A stretch of DNA of 64,000 nucleotides from a virus. The stretch is taken from the IMG/VR virus record IMGVR_UViG_3300024054_000269, positions 64,001 through 128,000 of that record; one strand, written 5' to 3'. Shown piece by piece: positions 31,378-41,613 of the stretch. Position numbers and translations under genes: made by a program. The notes under the pieces are model-generated. The model saw nothing but the letters and a program-made list of their open reading frames with translations. It was not told where the DNA came from and made no database searches. Position 1 is the first letter of the stretch; each line of letters starts with the position of its first letter.

Positions 31378-32031
31378 ATGTTTAAAGACAAATTCAAGAA
31401 AGCACAAGATTTCGTTCGTATGGCCTTGCATTTTAAACACCAAGATGCCTATCACTGTAGAGGTATCAAAGGCGAAATTTTTTGGGAAATGAATGATACT
31501 AAGACCGGTGAAATTACAAAAGGTAAGCTAAATAATATTGTTACTTTGGATGCTAGTATCCTTATAGCCAGACTTATGAAGTCAACTGCTATTCCATATA
31601 CGTCTGAACCAAGATTTGGTATTTATGCTTTGGCAGTTGGAACTGGAAATGTTGGGTGGGACCCACTTGACCCACCAGCTGGCACATCCACACAAAGATC
31701 GCTCGAAAATGAAATTGCTAGAAAACAAATAGCATCAACTGATTTCATAGACGGAACTGGAGCAATTAGTGGGATACCAACAAACGTAGTTGATTTTACA
31801 ACCACATTTTCTGAGTCAGAAGCAGTAGGAACGTTGGTCGAGATGGGTTTGTTAGGCGGTGATGTTGACACAAACATGGCAATACAAAACCCAATAATTC
31901 CGCCAAACGGACCATATGATGCAACAGTCGATGTTACTGGAAAAGACACGCTTGTTAATTATTTGACATTTGGTGCTATCACTAAACCGGCGTCAAGTAC
32001 TTTCAGTTGGACTTGGCGTTTATCATTTTGA
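31378..32031 (+). CDS. Tail-collar / fibre-attachment-like protein (217 aa)
   Basis: NIVTLDASILIARLM, ALAVGTG, SLENEIARK, TLVEMGL and ITKPASSTFSWTWRLSF match the pattern of P2 gpH N-terminal / tail-collar-fibre-like proteins. Confidence 0.7.
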   Translation: MFKDKFKKAQDFVRMALHFKHQDAYHCRGIKGEIFWEMNDTKTGEITKGKLNNIVTLDASILIARLMKSTAIPYTSEPRFGIYALAVGTGNVGWDPLDPPAGTSTQRSLENEIARKQIASTDFIDGTGAISGIPTNVVDFTTTFSESEAVGTLVEMGLLGGDVDTNMAIQNPIIPPNGPYDATVDVTGKDTLVNYLTFGAITKPASSTFSWTWRLSF

Positions 32032-32049
32032 CGCATTGAGTTATATAAT

Positions 32050-32328
32050 ATGTCAGATATTTCTTTCAAAGACCTTTCAGAAGAAGATGTGAAAGTTGCT
32101 TCTGAAAAATTAAGTGAATTTGCTTGTTATGTGTTATGTTTACCAAGGAGCAGACTCAAAGAAGTAAAACTATTTGACATGACAGAACTTAATAACAAAA
32201 CAGGTCTTGAATTTATTTGGGACCCGCCATTATCTGAAGAACAAAATTCAAGGTTATTTGAAGTCCTAAAAATTGTAAATACATTACTTGGAGGTTCTGA
32301 GTTGCAAAAAATAGATAAAGAAGCATGA
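32050..32328 (+). CDS. Hypothetical protein (92 aa), first gene of accessory cluster
   Basis: Coupled chain of small ORFs with overlapping stop/start codons. Confidence 0.55.
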   Translation: MSDISFKDLSEEDVKVASEKLSEFACYVLCLPRSRLKEVKLFDMTELNNKTGLEFIWDPPLSEEQNSRLFEVLKIVNTLLGGSELQKIDKEA

Positions 32329-32528
32329 ACCACAAATTTAAAGAGATTTACTGCGGCCAAGACTTTAAAATATTAAAATGCAAAGTTTGTAGCAGTGTGT
32401 TTTACAATTTTGATTTTAACATTGACAACAAAAAATATGTAGAATATTCAAAATTCATACATGATGTTTTCAAGTCTGATTCAGAAGGGTGCGATGTAAA
32501 ATTAACTAGGGACGTTGTTGAATCATAA
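32325..32528 (+). CDS. Small CxxC protein (67 aa)
   Basis: MNHK start, CKVC motif, ends DVVES; ATGA overlap with the upstream gene. Confidence 0.55.
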   Translation: MNHKFKEIYCGQDFKILKCKVCSSVFYNFDFNIDNKKYVEYSKFIHDVFKSDSEGCDVKLTRDVVES

Positions 32529-32736
32529 AAAGATAAAATGCTTAGAATGCGGACGTAGTTCGTCCAGGTATTTTATTGACAGACATCCAAAATATTTTCG
32601 GTTGCTTAGTTTCTGTTTTATACACGCATCAACAAGAAAAAATTATGCATCAAGAGATTTGCAACTTTATATGTTATACGGATTATATGAAATAACAAGA
32701 AATGAATTTTTATCGTACGAGGTTTTAGAATCGTGA
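32515..32736 (+). CDS. Small CxxC protein (73 aa), possible paralogue of the preceding gene
   Basis: LNHK start (TTG), CLEC motif, ends EVLES. Confidence 0.5.
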   Translation: MLNHKKIKCLECGRSSSRYFIDRHPKYFRLLSFCFIHASTRKNYASRDLQLYMLYGLYEITRNEFLSYEVLES

Positions 32737-33038
32737 CAGATCATGGTCCATATCGTACAGCAGCAATTGTTGTGCGACACAGCAGGCCAAAGCGAACCAT
32801 ATCAGGTCGATTTCGTTCGTTGCTTCGTCGTTTTGCTGTTCGTTGGTATGGAAAATTTCTTATTAGATATCCAGTTAAATGCCCGACATGCAACAAACGA
32901 AGTTGGAATCCGCACGCTATCCGTCGCAATGGTCCTGGCTTGCTTTCAGCTGGTGATTATTCAATAAGAGCTAATCGTTATCGGTGTGGTCATGGTGGCA
33001 TGCGTGTTGGACTCAGTGGAATGGTCAGATTAGGATGA
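32733..33038 (+). CDS. Small basic protein with CxxC (101 aa)
   Basis: GTGA overlap upstream and ATGA overlap downstream; CPTC motif; Arg-rich. Confidence 0.5.
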   Translation: MTDHGPYRTAAIVVRHSRPKRTISGRFRSLLRRFAVRWYGKFLIRYPVKCPTCNKRSWNPHAIRRNGPGLLSAGDYSIRANRYRCGHGGMRVGLSGMVRLG

Positions 33039-33421
33039 AACGCGCTTTTTACTTTGGTTCTTTAGGTTACGGTCACTTTTTGCACGACGATACTGGCAGA
33101 AGCCGATTGAAGCCAAAAGTGCTAGACGTCAACTTCCCATGGGAAATGGAACTATTAGACACAGGCCTACTCAAAAATGGTAAAGTGCCAGACTGGCCAG
33201 ATGGCCGTGTCTTCTGGACATGCGGTAAAGATGCACAAGCTCACCTTTGGTTTGCTTTCTTTTGGTGGGATCGTTCAGGTGACAAACGTCCTGGTTCAAA
33301 TTCTGGTTTTTACGTAAATGGGTTTAATTTTAATGAACGTAACGAAGCATTTGAATTTGCATGCAAAGAATGGCCGTCAGTTATCAAACGTCAAGAATTT
33401 CCATTAATGTTGCAACCATAG
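33035..33421 (+). CDS. Trp/Phe-rich hypothetical protein (128 aa from ATG 33035)
   Basis: ATGA coupling indicates a start at 33035 rather than 32984. Motif FWWDRSGDKRPGSNSGFY. Confidence 0.6.
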   Translation: MKRAFYFGSLGYGHFLHDDTGRSRLKPKVLDVNFPWEMELLDTGLLKNGKVPDWPDGRVFWTCGKDAQAHLWFAFFWWDRSGDKRPGSNSGFYVNGFNFNERNEAFEFACKEWPSVIKRQEFPLMLQP

Positions 33422-33629
33422 TTATGCCACCAGAAATTGTTAATCTTATTAAACACAATAACTATTTCAGTTTTCTTTGATTGTTCTCTAAGTTTTTAAG
33501 CAATCATTTTATATATTGTTTTACAATTATTTCTGCTAGGTTTTTCTTAATTGTGTTTTGTTCCATACAAACATTTATCAGTATCGTCCTGTATATCATC
33601 TCCTCTTAATCAGTCGAGACAATTGAAAC

Positions 33630-36224
33630 ATGGCGTATAAGAATCTTGGCGCTGGGGTAAGTCAAACTCCACAAAGCATACCAGCTGGTGATCAATTTTC
33701 TGGTGAAGACAAAGCTTATGAAAGTTTAGTTATTCAAGATACTAAGCCGGTAATCGATTGGGAGTTGAATTTACTTGGTGAAATCAAAGGCGACTATGGC
33801 TATCAACAAAGCAACCAAAGACTTCTTCCATCAGTCTGGTTACTTGGTGACTTTCAAGAAAAATCTGATATATCAGGATCTTACGAATTTCTTTCACCAA
33901 TAGTTGGTAATGAAAACAAATTCAGGATCAAAGGATCAACTCTTCAAATCAACGGTTGGACCGTAAAATTTGAATATTCTGACATATCGACATCTGATTT
34001 AAACGAAATAACCGTCCCAGCTCCTCCTGTAGCCGGTACAAGAACTGATTTGGTTGTTTTGGAAATTTGGAGAGCTTTACTTTCTCCATTTCCATCTGTT
34101 GCCAATAAGAGTCCAACCGGACTAATTTTAAGGCATGGGAACGTAAAAGCACCTGATGCCGTTAATTTTGTTGATGATTTAATAGACCCAACTTACACGC
34201 TTGAATCGACTAAACGTGTTCAAATTCAATATAGATATAGAGTTATTCAAGGCGTTAACATTACGACCTATCCAGACGGACTTGACGATCCAGTAGTTTT
34301 TGCTAATTCAGTCTCAGATTTTTCGGGTCCTGGCGCCGACGGTTCCGTAACGATTTATAATTATTCAGCCATGTCTGGCGATTCAGGACTATGGGTTGCC
34401 GGGACTGGTAATGCAGCGTCTGCCACGGCTATTGGAACAGTCGATGGTTACATGTACGCAATACCAATTTGTGCAGTTTTTAGAAGAAATACAACCGCGT
34501 TTGACAGAACATTGAATTTAAATGGTGGGTCAGCGATTTTATCAGGAACATCAACAAGGCCTGACGGACTATTCAATGATCAAATAGCAATAAACGATGT
34601 TAAAGACTTAAGAAAGACTGTATTTTTTGACTTTCTTCAACCATTGCAAAAAGGATCGCAACAGTTATTAAATAACAACCTTTCAACAAATCATGAAACT
34701 CTTTCTGGAGTAACTGGAACATCAGTCTTAGTTAAAGATGATATAAGCTTAACTGGTGTCATGATAAGTTCTGACCAGGTTAGGTTTAGATTTAGTGATA
34801 GATCAATCACAGAAAGGATAACGGTAAGAGTTGATGTTGGCGGCGTTGGGGTAGCGTTCATACCGTTATCACTAGCAGCATTGCCAATAGCAACTGATTC
34901 AACAATAACCACGGTTAACGTTGTAGCAAATTCACCACCTACAACAAAATTTTCTGGTGTTGGTGAAATAAGAGTTGTTGATTTTGTTGGAATTACTGAT
35001 ACTCAAGTTGTTTTTGGTGCTGGTGCGAATGACATATCATCAATATCAATTATTCCAGCCGCGATACAAATAAATTTTAACGTTTCGTCATTGACTAATG
35101 TTTCATACTTTATTATTATTGAAATTGAATATCCAATTGGTTCTGGTCTTTCAAGGAATTTTTTAAATGGTTATGAGTTGTGGACGCCAAACCCAGGTGG
35201 TGGCGTAGGGCAATTGCCAGTATGGGCAACAGCTGCGCAATTTACAACTTCACCAGTGCCAAGTGATGTAAATAGATCAGAATTGTCAACAACACGTTGG
35301 AGCACTGATCGTCTTCATAGAGAGTTATCTGTTTCGTTGCTTACAACAACTCAAACTGTTTCATTTCCGGCTGCAACCACAACTACAGTAAAAATTCCAG
35401 AGAGAATAGATTCGGTTGTATCATTAAATGGTGGTGCGTTAGCTGTAGTTGGTTTCACATATAATGAACCATACACAACAATAACTTTTTTCCCAGCCGT
35501 AATTTTACCAAGTTTAATAACTGTTGACTATGTTGCAATAAGGGCTTTACCAGTTGTATCCGGAGCGCCAGCTGATTCATATCAAATTTTCTATGAATCT
35601 AGAGCTATTCAATCGTTAGACGTCCCAGCTGGGAATGTTACTCTTGATTTAATACCAAGGTCGATACTAAATGAATTAGCTGTAATGCAAGTCGGTTCTG
35701 GTAGCCCGGATGATTGTTATCCATATATTGACCCTAGTAGCCAAATACCGGTGTCAGCAACACCGTCGCCAAATTATCCAGAAGCCAGACTTAACTCTCT
35801 TTCAATTATGTCTATTTCTAGTTTTTCATCTAATTTTGGTTTTGCACAATTAGGGACAGTTATTCCATATTCACCAGACACTGGTGAAGTTGTGTTGGAA
35901 CGACAAGCTGGTGATAATGATATAGATGCTGAAGGCAGACATTTTTGGGCACGTGGCGATGCATCATTCTATCTTCCATCAGCGTATACACTTCCAATTG
36001 CTGGTCCAACTAGACATAAAACCGCGTTATTTACAATTATGGAGTTAAAATCTGATTTTGCGTCAATTGGTAGAAAAGGAACTCTTGTGTTAGTTGTGTT
36101 TTCAACTTGGAATGAAATAGTAACTTCTAACAGTATAACATTGTTAAGTGTTCCAAGTGGAACTGGTGCATCGGTTTATAGATTAAGAGGTAATCCTCTT
36201 AACCCACACAGGACTAACACATGA
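33630..36224 (+). CDS. Tail fibre-base/baseplate protein, paralogue A (864 aa)
   Basis: Shares blocks with 36940-41601: LGAGVS, KRVQIQYR, GTVDGYxYAIPxCAVFRRN, RPDGLxxDQIAxxDxxDLR. Confidence 0.7.
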   Translation: MAYKNLGAGVSQTPQSIPAGDQFSGEDKAYESLVIQDTKPVIDWELNLLGEIKGDYGYQQSNQRLLPSVWLLGDFQEKSDISGSYEFLSPIVGNENKFRIKGSTLQINGWTVKFEYSDISTSDLNEITVPAPPVAGTRTDLVVLEIWRALLSPFPSVANKSPTGLILRHGNVKAPDAVNFVDDLIDPTYTLESTKRVQIQYRYRVIQGVNITTYPDGLDDPVVFANSVSDFSGPGADGSVTIYNYSAMSGDSGLWVAGTGNAASATAIGTVDGYMYAIPICAVFRRNTTAFDRTLNLNGGSAILSGTSTRPDGLFNDQIAINDVKDLRKTVFFDFLQPLQKGSQQLLNNNLSTNHETLSGVTGTSVLVKDDISLTGVMISSDQVRFRFSDRSITERITVRVDVGGVGVAFIPLSLAALPIATDSTITTVNVVANSPPTTKFSGVGEIRVVDFVGITDTQVVFGAGANDISSISIIPAAIQINFNVSSLTNVSYFIIIEIEYPIGSGLSRNFLNGYELWTPNPGGGVGQLPVWATAAQFTTSPVPSDVNRSELSTTRWSTDRLHRELSVSLLTTTQTVSFPAATTTTVKIPERIDSVVSLNGGALAVVGFTYNEPYTTITFFPAVILPSLITVDYVAIRALPVVSGAPADSYQIFYESRAIQSLDVPAGNVTLDLIPRSILNELAVMQVGSGSPDDCYPYIDPSSQIPVSATPSPNYPEARLNSLSIMSISSFSSNFGFAQLGTVIPYSPDTGEVVLERQAGDNDIDAEGRHFWARGDASFYLPSAYTLPIAGPTRHKTALFTIMELKSDFASIGRKGTLVLVVFSTWNEIVTSNSITLLSVPSGTGASVYRLRGNPLNPHRTNT

Positions 36225-36871
36225 TTAGGGCAGTAATTGCTGATGACATAGGACCAGCCGATGGAACAATTAATGCAATACACGATTCAACTATAACATC
36301 ACAGATAAACGGGTTCTACATAATAGAACTGCCAAATAATTTTGATTATAGTACTGTTCCGTCAACAGTAGAAAATTTAATTACTGCAAAGGATAATGCA
36401 TATCTTGCGGCCAATCCAAGCTTTAGTAACGCAAAATCTACAGAATTTTTAAGTTATTATGAATGGCCATCTATTGTCAATTCAGATATGATTTATTATG
36501 GTGATAATAAATTAACTGGTATAGAAACTGGTGGGCAACTAACTACTATAGGTGTAGTAGTTCCAGCCACAACTGATTATTTTATACATTTAGATTTGTT
36601 TAGAATATATTCAATAAAGGATACTTCAACAACAAATCCGTCATTAATTAAAAAATATTATAACTTTGACGGAACAACCGCGCAAGAAATAACGGCTTCA
36701 ACGGCCGTTACTGTTGAATTGGATGACGGCGGTGGTTCTGGGTTTCAATTCATATCACTTGATACATCATTTCCAGCACCAAGTGGCGGGTCACGTACTC
36801 AGGCCAAATTGAGAATTACACCTACTGGTGCTGGTTTAATGGTTTCTAGTATAACTATTTTGACGGTATAA
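36221..36871 (+). CDS. Hypothetical virion protein (216 aa)
   Basis: ATGA-coupled between the two paralogues; beta-rich composition. Confidence 0.6.
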   Translation: MIRAVIADDIGPADGTINAIHDSTITSQINGFYIIELPNNFDYSTVPSTVENLITAKDNAYLAANPSFSNAKSTEFLSYYEWPSIVNSDMIYYGDNKLTGIETGGQLTTIGVVVPATTDYFIHLDLFRIYSIKDTSTTNPSLIKKYYNFDGTTAQEITASTAVTVELDDGGGSGFQFISLDTSFPAPSGGSRTQAKLRITPTGAGLMVSSITILTV

Positions 36872-36939
36872 TGGAAAGCTGGATAGATCCCTTATGTCCT
36901 GCTTAAGCTGAACCGTCTATTGGCGGAGATCTCTATATA

Positions 36940-39900
36940 ATGGCTACAAACGAGCTGGGCGCTGGAGTTTCGAGATACTTAGATGGGCGTGATGCCCAGT
37001 TTGCTTTCGTGGTCTATCAATTTAACAGGCCACCGCTTGACTCAGAGTTAAACCTAACTGGTCTAGCTGAATTAGAGACAAAAGCTGAGTCAATCAGATC
37101 CAGATATCCGTCTGGATGGTTAATGAATGAATTAAGTCCAAAGAGTGACTTTGGTACAAACTCTAACTATTCAAATTTCTTTTATTTTGGAAGGAATACA
37201 ACAAATGAGACTAGGAACCCATCTTGGGCTATAGTAAATGGCTGGCTTGTGCCAGTTACAGGAACTAGAACTGGACAACCGCCATTAAACCCAAACAATT
37301 CAGATACGCATAACAAAATAGAACTTAACCCACCTAGTACTTCAACTGGCGGAAGTAAGGCAGAATTTGTATTTCTCGAAGTTTGGTTGCAGCGCATAGA
37401 TGTTGACCCGCCTTCTCCTGCGATAGCACCCGGAAAACCACAAAGAGGTTTCCTTTATAGATTTGGAAATGTCGAATGTGGATTTGACAATCTCCCAGAC
37501 GGACTGTTAGACCCAGATCTTAATTTTGAAACAACTAAACGCGTACAAATCCAATATAGAATTAGAACAATCCAAGGTGTTAATTTAATTCAATATCCAG
37601 AAGGATTTGACCCAGTAACAGTGTTAGCACAAGGCCCGTTATCATCTCCATCAACAATTCCGTTTGAAAACATGAGGGAAGACCTTGGTGATCCAGGTCT
37701 TTGGAGAGCCGGAACGGGTGACCCGACTACGTTTGGAACAGTTGACGGATATGTTTATGCCATACCATTGTGCGCAGTATTTAGAAGAAATGGTGCTGGG
37801 TTCAACGATGTAGGTAATCTTGCTGGCGCATTTAATAGGAATAGCATAGCTGTAGCAAGGGAAGATGCAACGAGTTTTACAGCTGTTCCGCAACTTCCAG
37901 CTACAATATCAGAAACAGATACAGTTTTAAATTTTACAAGCATAACTGGGACTGTTCTTGAGACTATAAATTCATTTGGGGAGGCGTTTTTTAGAATAAA
38001 CCAAGAAATTGTGCGCGTAACCAGTGTTGTTGATACTGGTGCAGTTTTCCAAGTCACAATAGATCGTGGGCAACTTGGAACAACAACCAGATCACATGAT
38101 TCTGGTACAGATATGGTTTTATATACGGTAAGACCAGACGGTCTATACGCTGATCAAATAGCAGTTACTGATATATTAGATCTGCGCCATGCCGTGGCTG
38201 ATCATTTCGATTATACTGAGATTTTAAAAACTAATCTTGTTTCGCTCATGAAAGGTGAATTGAGAACAACTTGGAAAAGATTTGGGTCATCAAATCCAGC
38301 TGGTCCAGTTGTTTTGTATGGGGATAGAATTACAGATTCTACAACATTTGTTGGTGGTTTATCTCGTCTTGACGCCCCAAACGGCAACAGACGTGCGTTT
38401 TCAGATTCAATTGTAACAGAGCGTTATGTTGTGTCTGTGCGTGCTCCGACAAATACAACAAATGATCCAACCGTATCTCTTTCTCCATTACAAATTGCAG
38501 TTGTTCCGTATAACATTGAAGTTCTGTGGACAGCTTCGGCGACTGGCCGACCTGGTGCTGGTACTGCTAGCCCAGCCGCCAGGAATTTTGCTAGCGTTCC
38601 ATATTGGTTTAATGGCGATGAAATAACTGTCCAACTTTCAGATTTTCAAGTTGGTCTGCCAGCAAGCGATGCTGACCAGGTTAGATTTGTTTTAGCAACA
38701 GAAGACGCTGATGCAGTTGTCCTTCATTTTGAAGGTATGACATCTGATCCAGCCGGTGGCGAGCCAAATAGCCCGGCAACTACTGCACCAACCACAACTA
38801 ATCCGACTCTTGGCGTTGCGATTGCCGGTAATAGAATTTTGAAAAATGGCCAAGGCATAACTGTAACATTAGATGGTAGCGGCAATCTAAAAATAACATT
38901 TGACAGTGGAACAGCTGGAACAGCTTTACAAGAGTTTACTGATGCGTTGCAAGGATCAGTTGACCCAGCGTTTGCACAAAACATTTTATTACACATACAA
39001 TTTTCGGTAGTTTATGGATCAGGCAGAGGTCTTTCGCATAAGCCTGATTATGTGCACGCAGCTCAATATTTAGGCACACCAACGAACACGTCAAAATTTA
39101 TGTTACGTCCTGGTCTAAATGGAAAGAACAGGATGGTCCCAACGTATGTGTGTGAATCGCCACTTGTACAAACTGGCAGATACAGACATTTGGCAGCAAC
39201 TTCTGAAGTTATGGTTGATACTGGATCAAAGACTGTTTACGTTGCACCATATAGAAATATCCAAATACAGAAAACTCTGGTTAGAAATGGGACTTCGTCA
39301 TTAAATTGGTATTACCCAGGACCAACATTCCAAGGTGGGATGCCGACTCTATCGCAAGACGGTTCCTCAGTTATTTACACAGTTGTAGACCCATTGAATT
39401 TGTTCCATAACGGTGGTGATACCAGATACGTTGACATACCGTTTGAGTATGCTTTAAGACCTGGGCCACACCACGTTCCAATAATACCTACAACAAATAG
39501 TGTTTTCCCGTCCGGAATCAACTGTTTCTTGATGGCTCAAGAAGGCTTGGTTGCTAACACATCTCTTTATAATCCGCATCTGGTTGCTTATCCAGCTAGC
39601 AGGCCCGGATATTATATAGCAATTCCAAATACATCAATTGGAGAGGCTTATGGTGCTTCTTTAGGAAGCTACACAATTTTTGGTCAAAGATACACAAATA
39701 GTAACATAAGATCAGAAAACGGCGGTCCATTCAGAGGAATACAATTTCCTCCATATATGGCACCTGCAAGAATAACTGGCATATACGCTAGAATTCCACC
39801 TGCTGCAGAACCAACTTTATCACCATTCGACAACAACCGTGTTTTCATAAATGCGCCTGGAAGCGACGAAAATTTATTGAAGGATGATTTTGACGGACCA

Positions 39901-41601
39901 ACTTTCTTGTTAGATGTCAATGAAGAAGGAGACGTGTCGTTTGTATTAAACGCAGACGTTATAGATTTCACAAAACTTTCGCCAGGATCAACATTTGATA
40001 ATACTTATTTCTTTGTTGAATGCACTTTGTTTGCATTTGACCGTGGATTCGGTCAAACTAACGCAAGATTGCTTACAACAACTTCCGGGTTTGGCGGTCC
40101 GTTGGCCGTAAACAATTTTATTAATTCAACTGACGGATTCATCGGCTTAATAACACCAGCACCATTGACTCTTAATTCTAATAACAATGAACTTACTGTT
40201 TATTATAGCAGAATGCCATATCAGGGCGACGCATTTGGGACGCAAGGCGCATTTTCTGATGATGTTCAAAGATTAGGCCCACTATCAGTATCAGAAGCAA
40301 ATTCGATACATAATAACCCAACTACTGAAGACACGGCTTCATATCCAAATAAAGCAGGTTATGAAGTTCTTGCATCACAAAGTTTTGTAACGACAATGGG
40401 AACTGGTAGACTTTCAGGACCTGTTATTATTCCATTACTAGAACCACAAGACAACCCAGACCAGGTTACTGATTATGAAGGGACTTTAGTTGACGTTACA
40501 AGAAGATTTTCTTTGAACAGGGTTGGGTACGAAAATTGGGCTACACCTAAATTCCCAGTTCTCTCAAGTTCATTTGCTGCAAGACCGTCAATTAATCTTG
40601 GGGCTTTGTCTGAGATTTTTGATTCTGATACACACCCAGACTTTTCTGGGAGTATTGCGCATCTCCCACTTGGAATTTATTTCAGAGACAAAGACTTCAT
40701 AGGAAAAGTTCTTTACCAAGTAAAAACTCACAGTGGCAATGCAGCAGTAAATCTTGGAACTTTGTCTTTGACAGATACATTCGCACCTACTTTCCAGGCC
40801 CCGTATGGAAGAACAACTTGGGAGGGTACTGAATTTGTGGTTGGGAATTCATCTGCAACAATTGGAGCCGGCGGAGAAGCAATAATCAAAGTTGATGGAA
40901 CAACAACTACAAGCGATAACACTAAATTCAAAGTAACACGTGGATCAGCTGCTTATTCAGCATCAGGTGATCATCCAGGCGGGCCAATAGCTGTTAGATT
41001 CCCGAAGTCAAGACCAAACACAGATGTTGGTTCAGTTTTAGTTGGAACAGCCTATTTAGTTAGATCACAACCTGAATCTGTTGGCGGATCAGAGATTCAC
41101 CAAGGCCACGAGTTGCAAATGATAATAGCAACACAGGCCATACCAGCTTATTTCAAAGAAACAAATCTTGAACACTCAGCAAATGGAACTTCTGAAGGAT
41201 TCTCAGCAATTGATAGGTTCAGGTGTTTAGGTCATCCATTAGAGAAGCGAAGGGGAGACATAGATACATCTATGTCTCCAACTCGTACTCCTATATTTAA
41301 AACCCAAATAACAAGTAACGACATAGAATTTGGATCAGGTGACCTTCCACTCATAACTGTCAAACAGGAAGTTTTGCCTGTTACAGTTAATGGGCAAACA
41401 GCATTTGTTTTGTCGTTGCGTCCAGCAGACGTTACGACTGTGCAGTTATTTGCACGCGGTGTCAAATTGACTTATGGAACTGATTATACAGTTGGTGGGT
41501 TTGGGTTATCTGATCAAGACGTTACATACATACCATCATTCCCTGATAATCCGCCGTTGATAACAACTGACACCGTAGAAGCATTTTATGTTGTTCTATG
41601 A
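36940..41601 (+). CDS. Tail fibre-base/baseplate protein, paralogue B (1553 aa)
   Basis: Same conserved blocks as paralogue A plus insertions, e.g. the RGQLGTTTRSHDSG module. Confidence 0.7.
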   Translation: MATNELGAGVSRYLDGRDAQFAFVVYQFNRPPLDSELNLTGLAELETKAESIRSRYPSGWLMNELSPKSDFGTNSNYSNFFYFGRNTTNETRNPSWAIVNGWLVPVTGTRTGQPPLNPNNSDTHNKIELNPPSTSTGGSKAEFVFLEVWLQRIDVDPPSPAIAPGKPQRGFLYRFGNVECGFDNLPDGLLDPDLNFETTKRVQIQYRIRTIQGVNLIQYPEGFDPVTVLAQGPLSSPSTIPFENMREDLGDPGLWRAGTGDPTTFGTVDGYVYAIPLCAVFRRNGAGFNDVGNLAGAFNRNSIAVAREDATSFTAVPQLPATISETDTVLNFTSITGTVLETINSFGEAFFRINQEIVRVTSVVDTGAVFQVTIDRGQLGTTTRSHDSGTDMVLYTVRPDGLYADQIAVTDILDLRHAVADHFDYTEILKTNLVSLMKGELRTTWKRFGSSNPAGPVVLYGDRITDSTTFVGGLSRLDAPNGNRRAFSDSIVTERYVVSVRAPTNTTNDPTVSLSPLQIAVVPYNIEVLWTASATGRPGAGTASPAARNFASVPYWFNGDEITVQLSDFQVGLPASDADQVRFVLATEDADAVVLHFEGMTSDPAGGEPNSPATTAPTTTNPTLGVAIAGNRILKNGQGITVTLDGSGNLKITFDSGTAGTALQEFTDALQGSVDPAFAQNILLHIQFSVVYGSGRGLSHKPDYVHAAQYLGTPTNTSKFMLRPGLNGKNRMVPTYVCESPLVQTGRYRHLAATSEVMVDTGSKTVYVAPYRNIQIQKTLVRNGTSSLNWYYPGPTFQGGMPTLSQDGSSVIYTVVDPLNLFHNGGDTRYVDIPFEYALRPGPHHVPIIPTTNSVFPSGINCFLMAQEGLVANTSLYNPHLVAYPASRPGYYIAIPNTSIGEAYGASLGSYTIFGQRYTNSNIRSENGGPFRGIQFPPYMAPARITGIYARIPPAAEPTLSPFDNNRVFINAPGSDENLLKDDFDGPTFLLDVNEEGDVSFVLNADVIDFTKLSPGSTFDNTYFFVECTLFAFDRGFGQTNARLLTTTSGFGGPLAVNNFINSTDGFIGLITPAPLTLNSNNNELTVYYSRMPYQGDAFGTQGAFSDDVQRLGPLSVSEANSIHNNPTTEDTASYPNKAGYEVLASQSFVTTMGTGRLSGPVIIPLLEPQDNPDQVTDYEGTLVDVTRRFSLNRVGYENWATPKFPVLSSSFAARPSINLGALSEIFDSDTHPDFSGSIAHLPLGIYFRDKDFIGKVLYQVKTHSGNAAVNLGTLSLTDTFAPTFQAPYGRTTWEGTEFVVGNSSATIGAGGEAIIKVDGTTTTSDNTKFKVTRGSAAYSASGDHPGGPIAVRFPKSRPNTDVGSVLVGTAYLVRSQPESVGGSEIHQGHELQMIIATQAIPAYFKETNLEHSANGTSEGFSAIDRFRCLGHPLEKRRGDIDTSMSPTRTPIFKTQITSNDIEFGSGDLPLITVKQEVLPVTVNGQTAFVLSLRPADVTTVQLFARGVKLTYGTDYTVGGFGLSDQDVTYIPSFPDNPPLITTDTVEAFYVVL

Positions 41602-41613
41602 TGAGGAAAGACA

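Noticed and set aside
36872-36939. Small hairpin/palindrome (ccgtc-tatt-ggcgg, gagatctc) and 11-codon ORF before paralogue B
   Set aside because: Too short to distinguish from chance.
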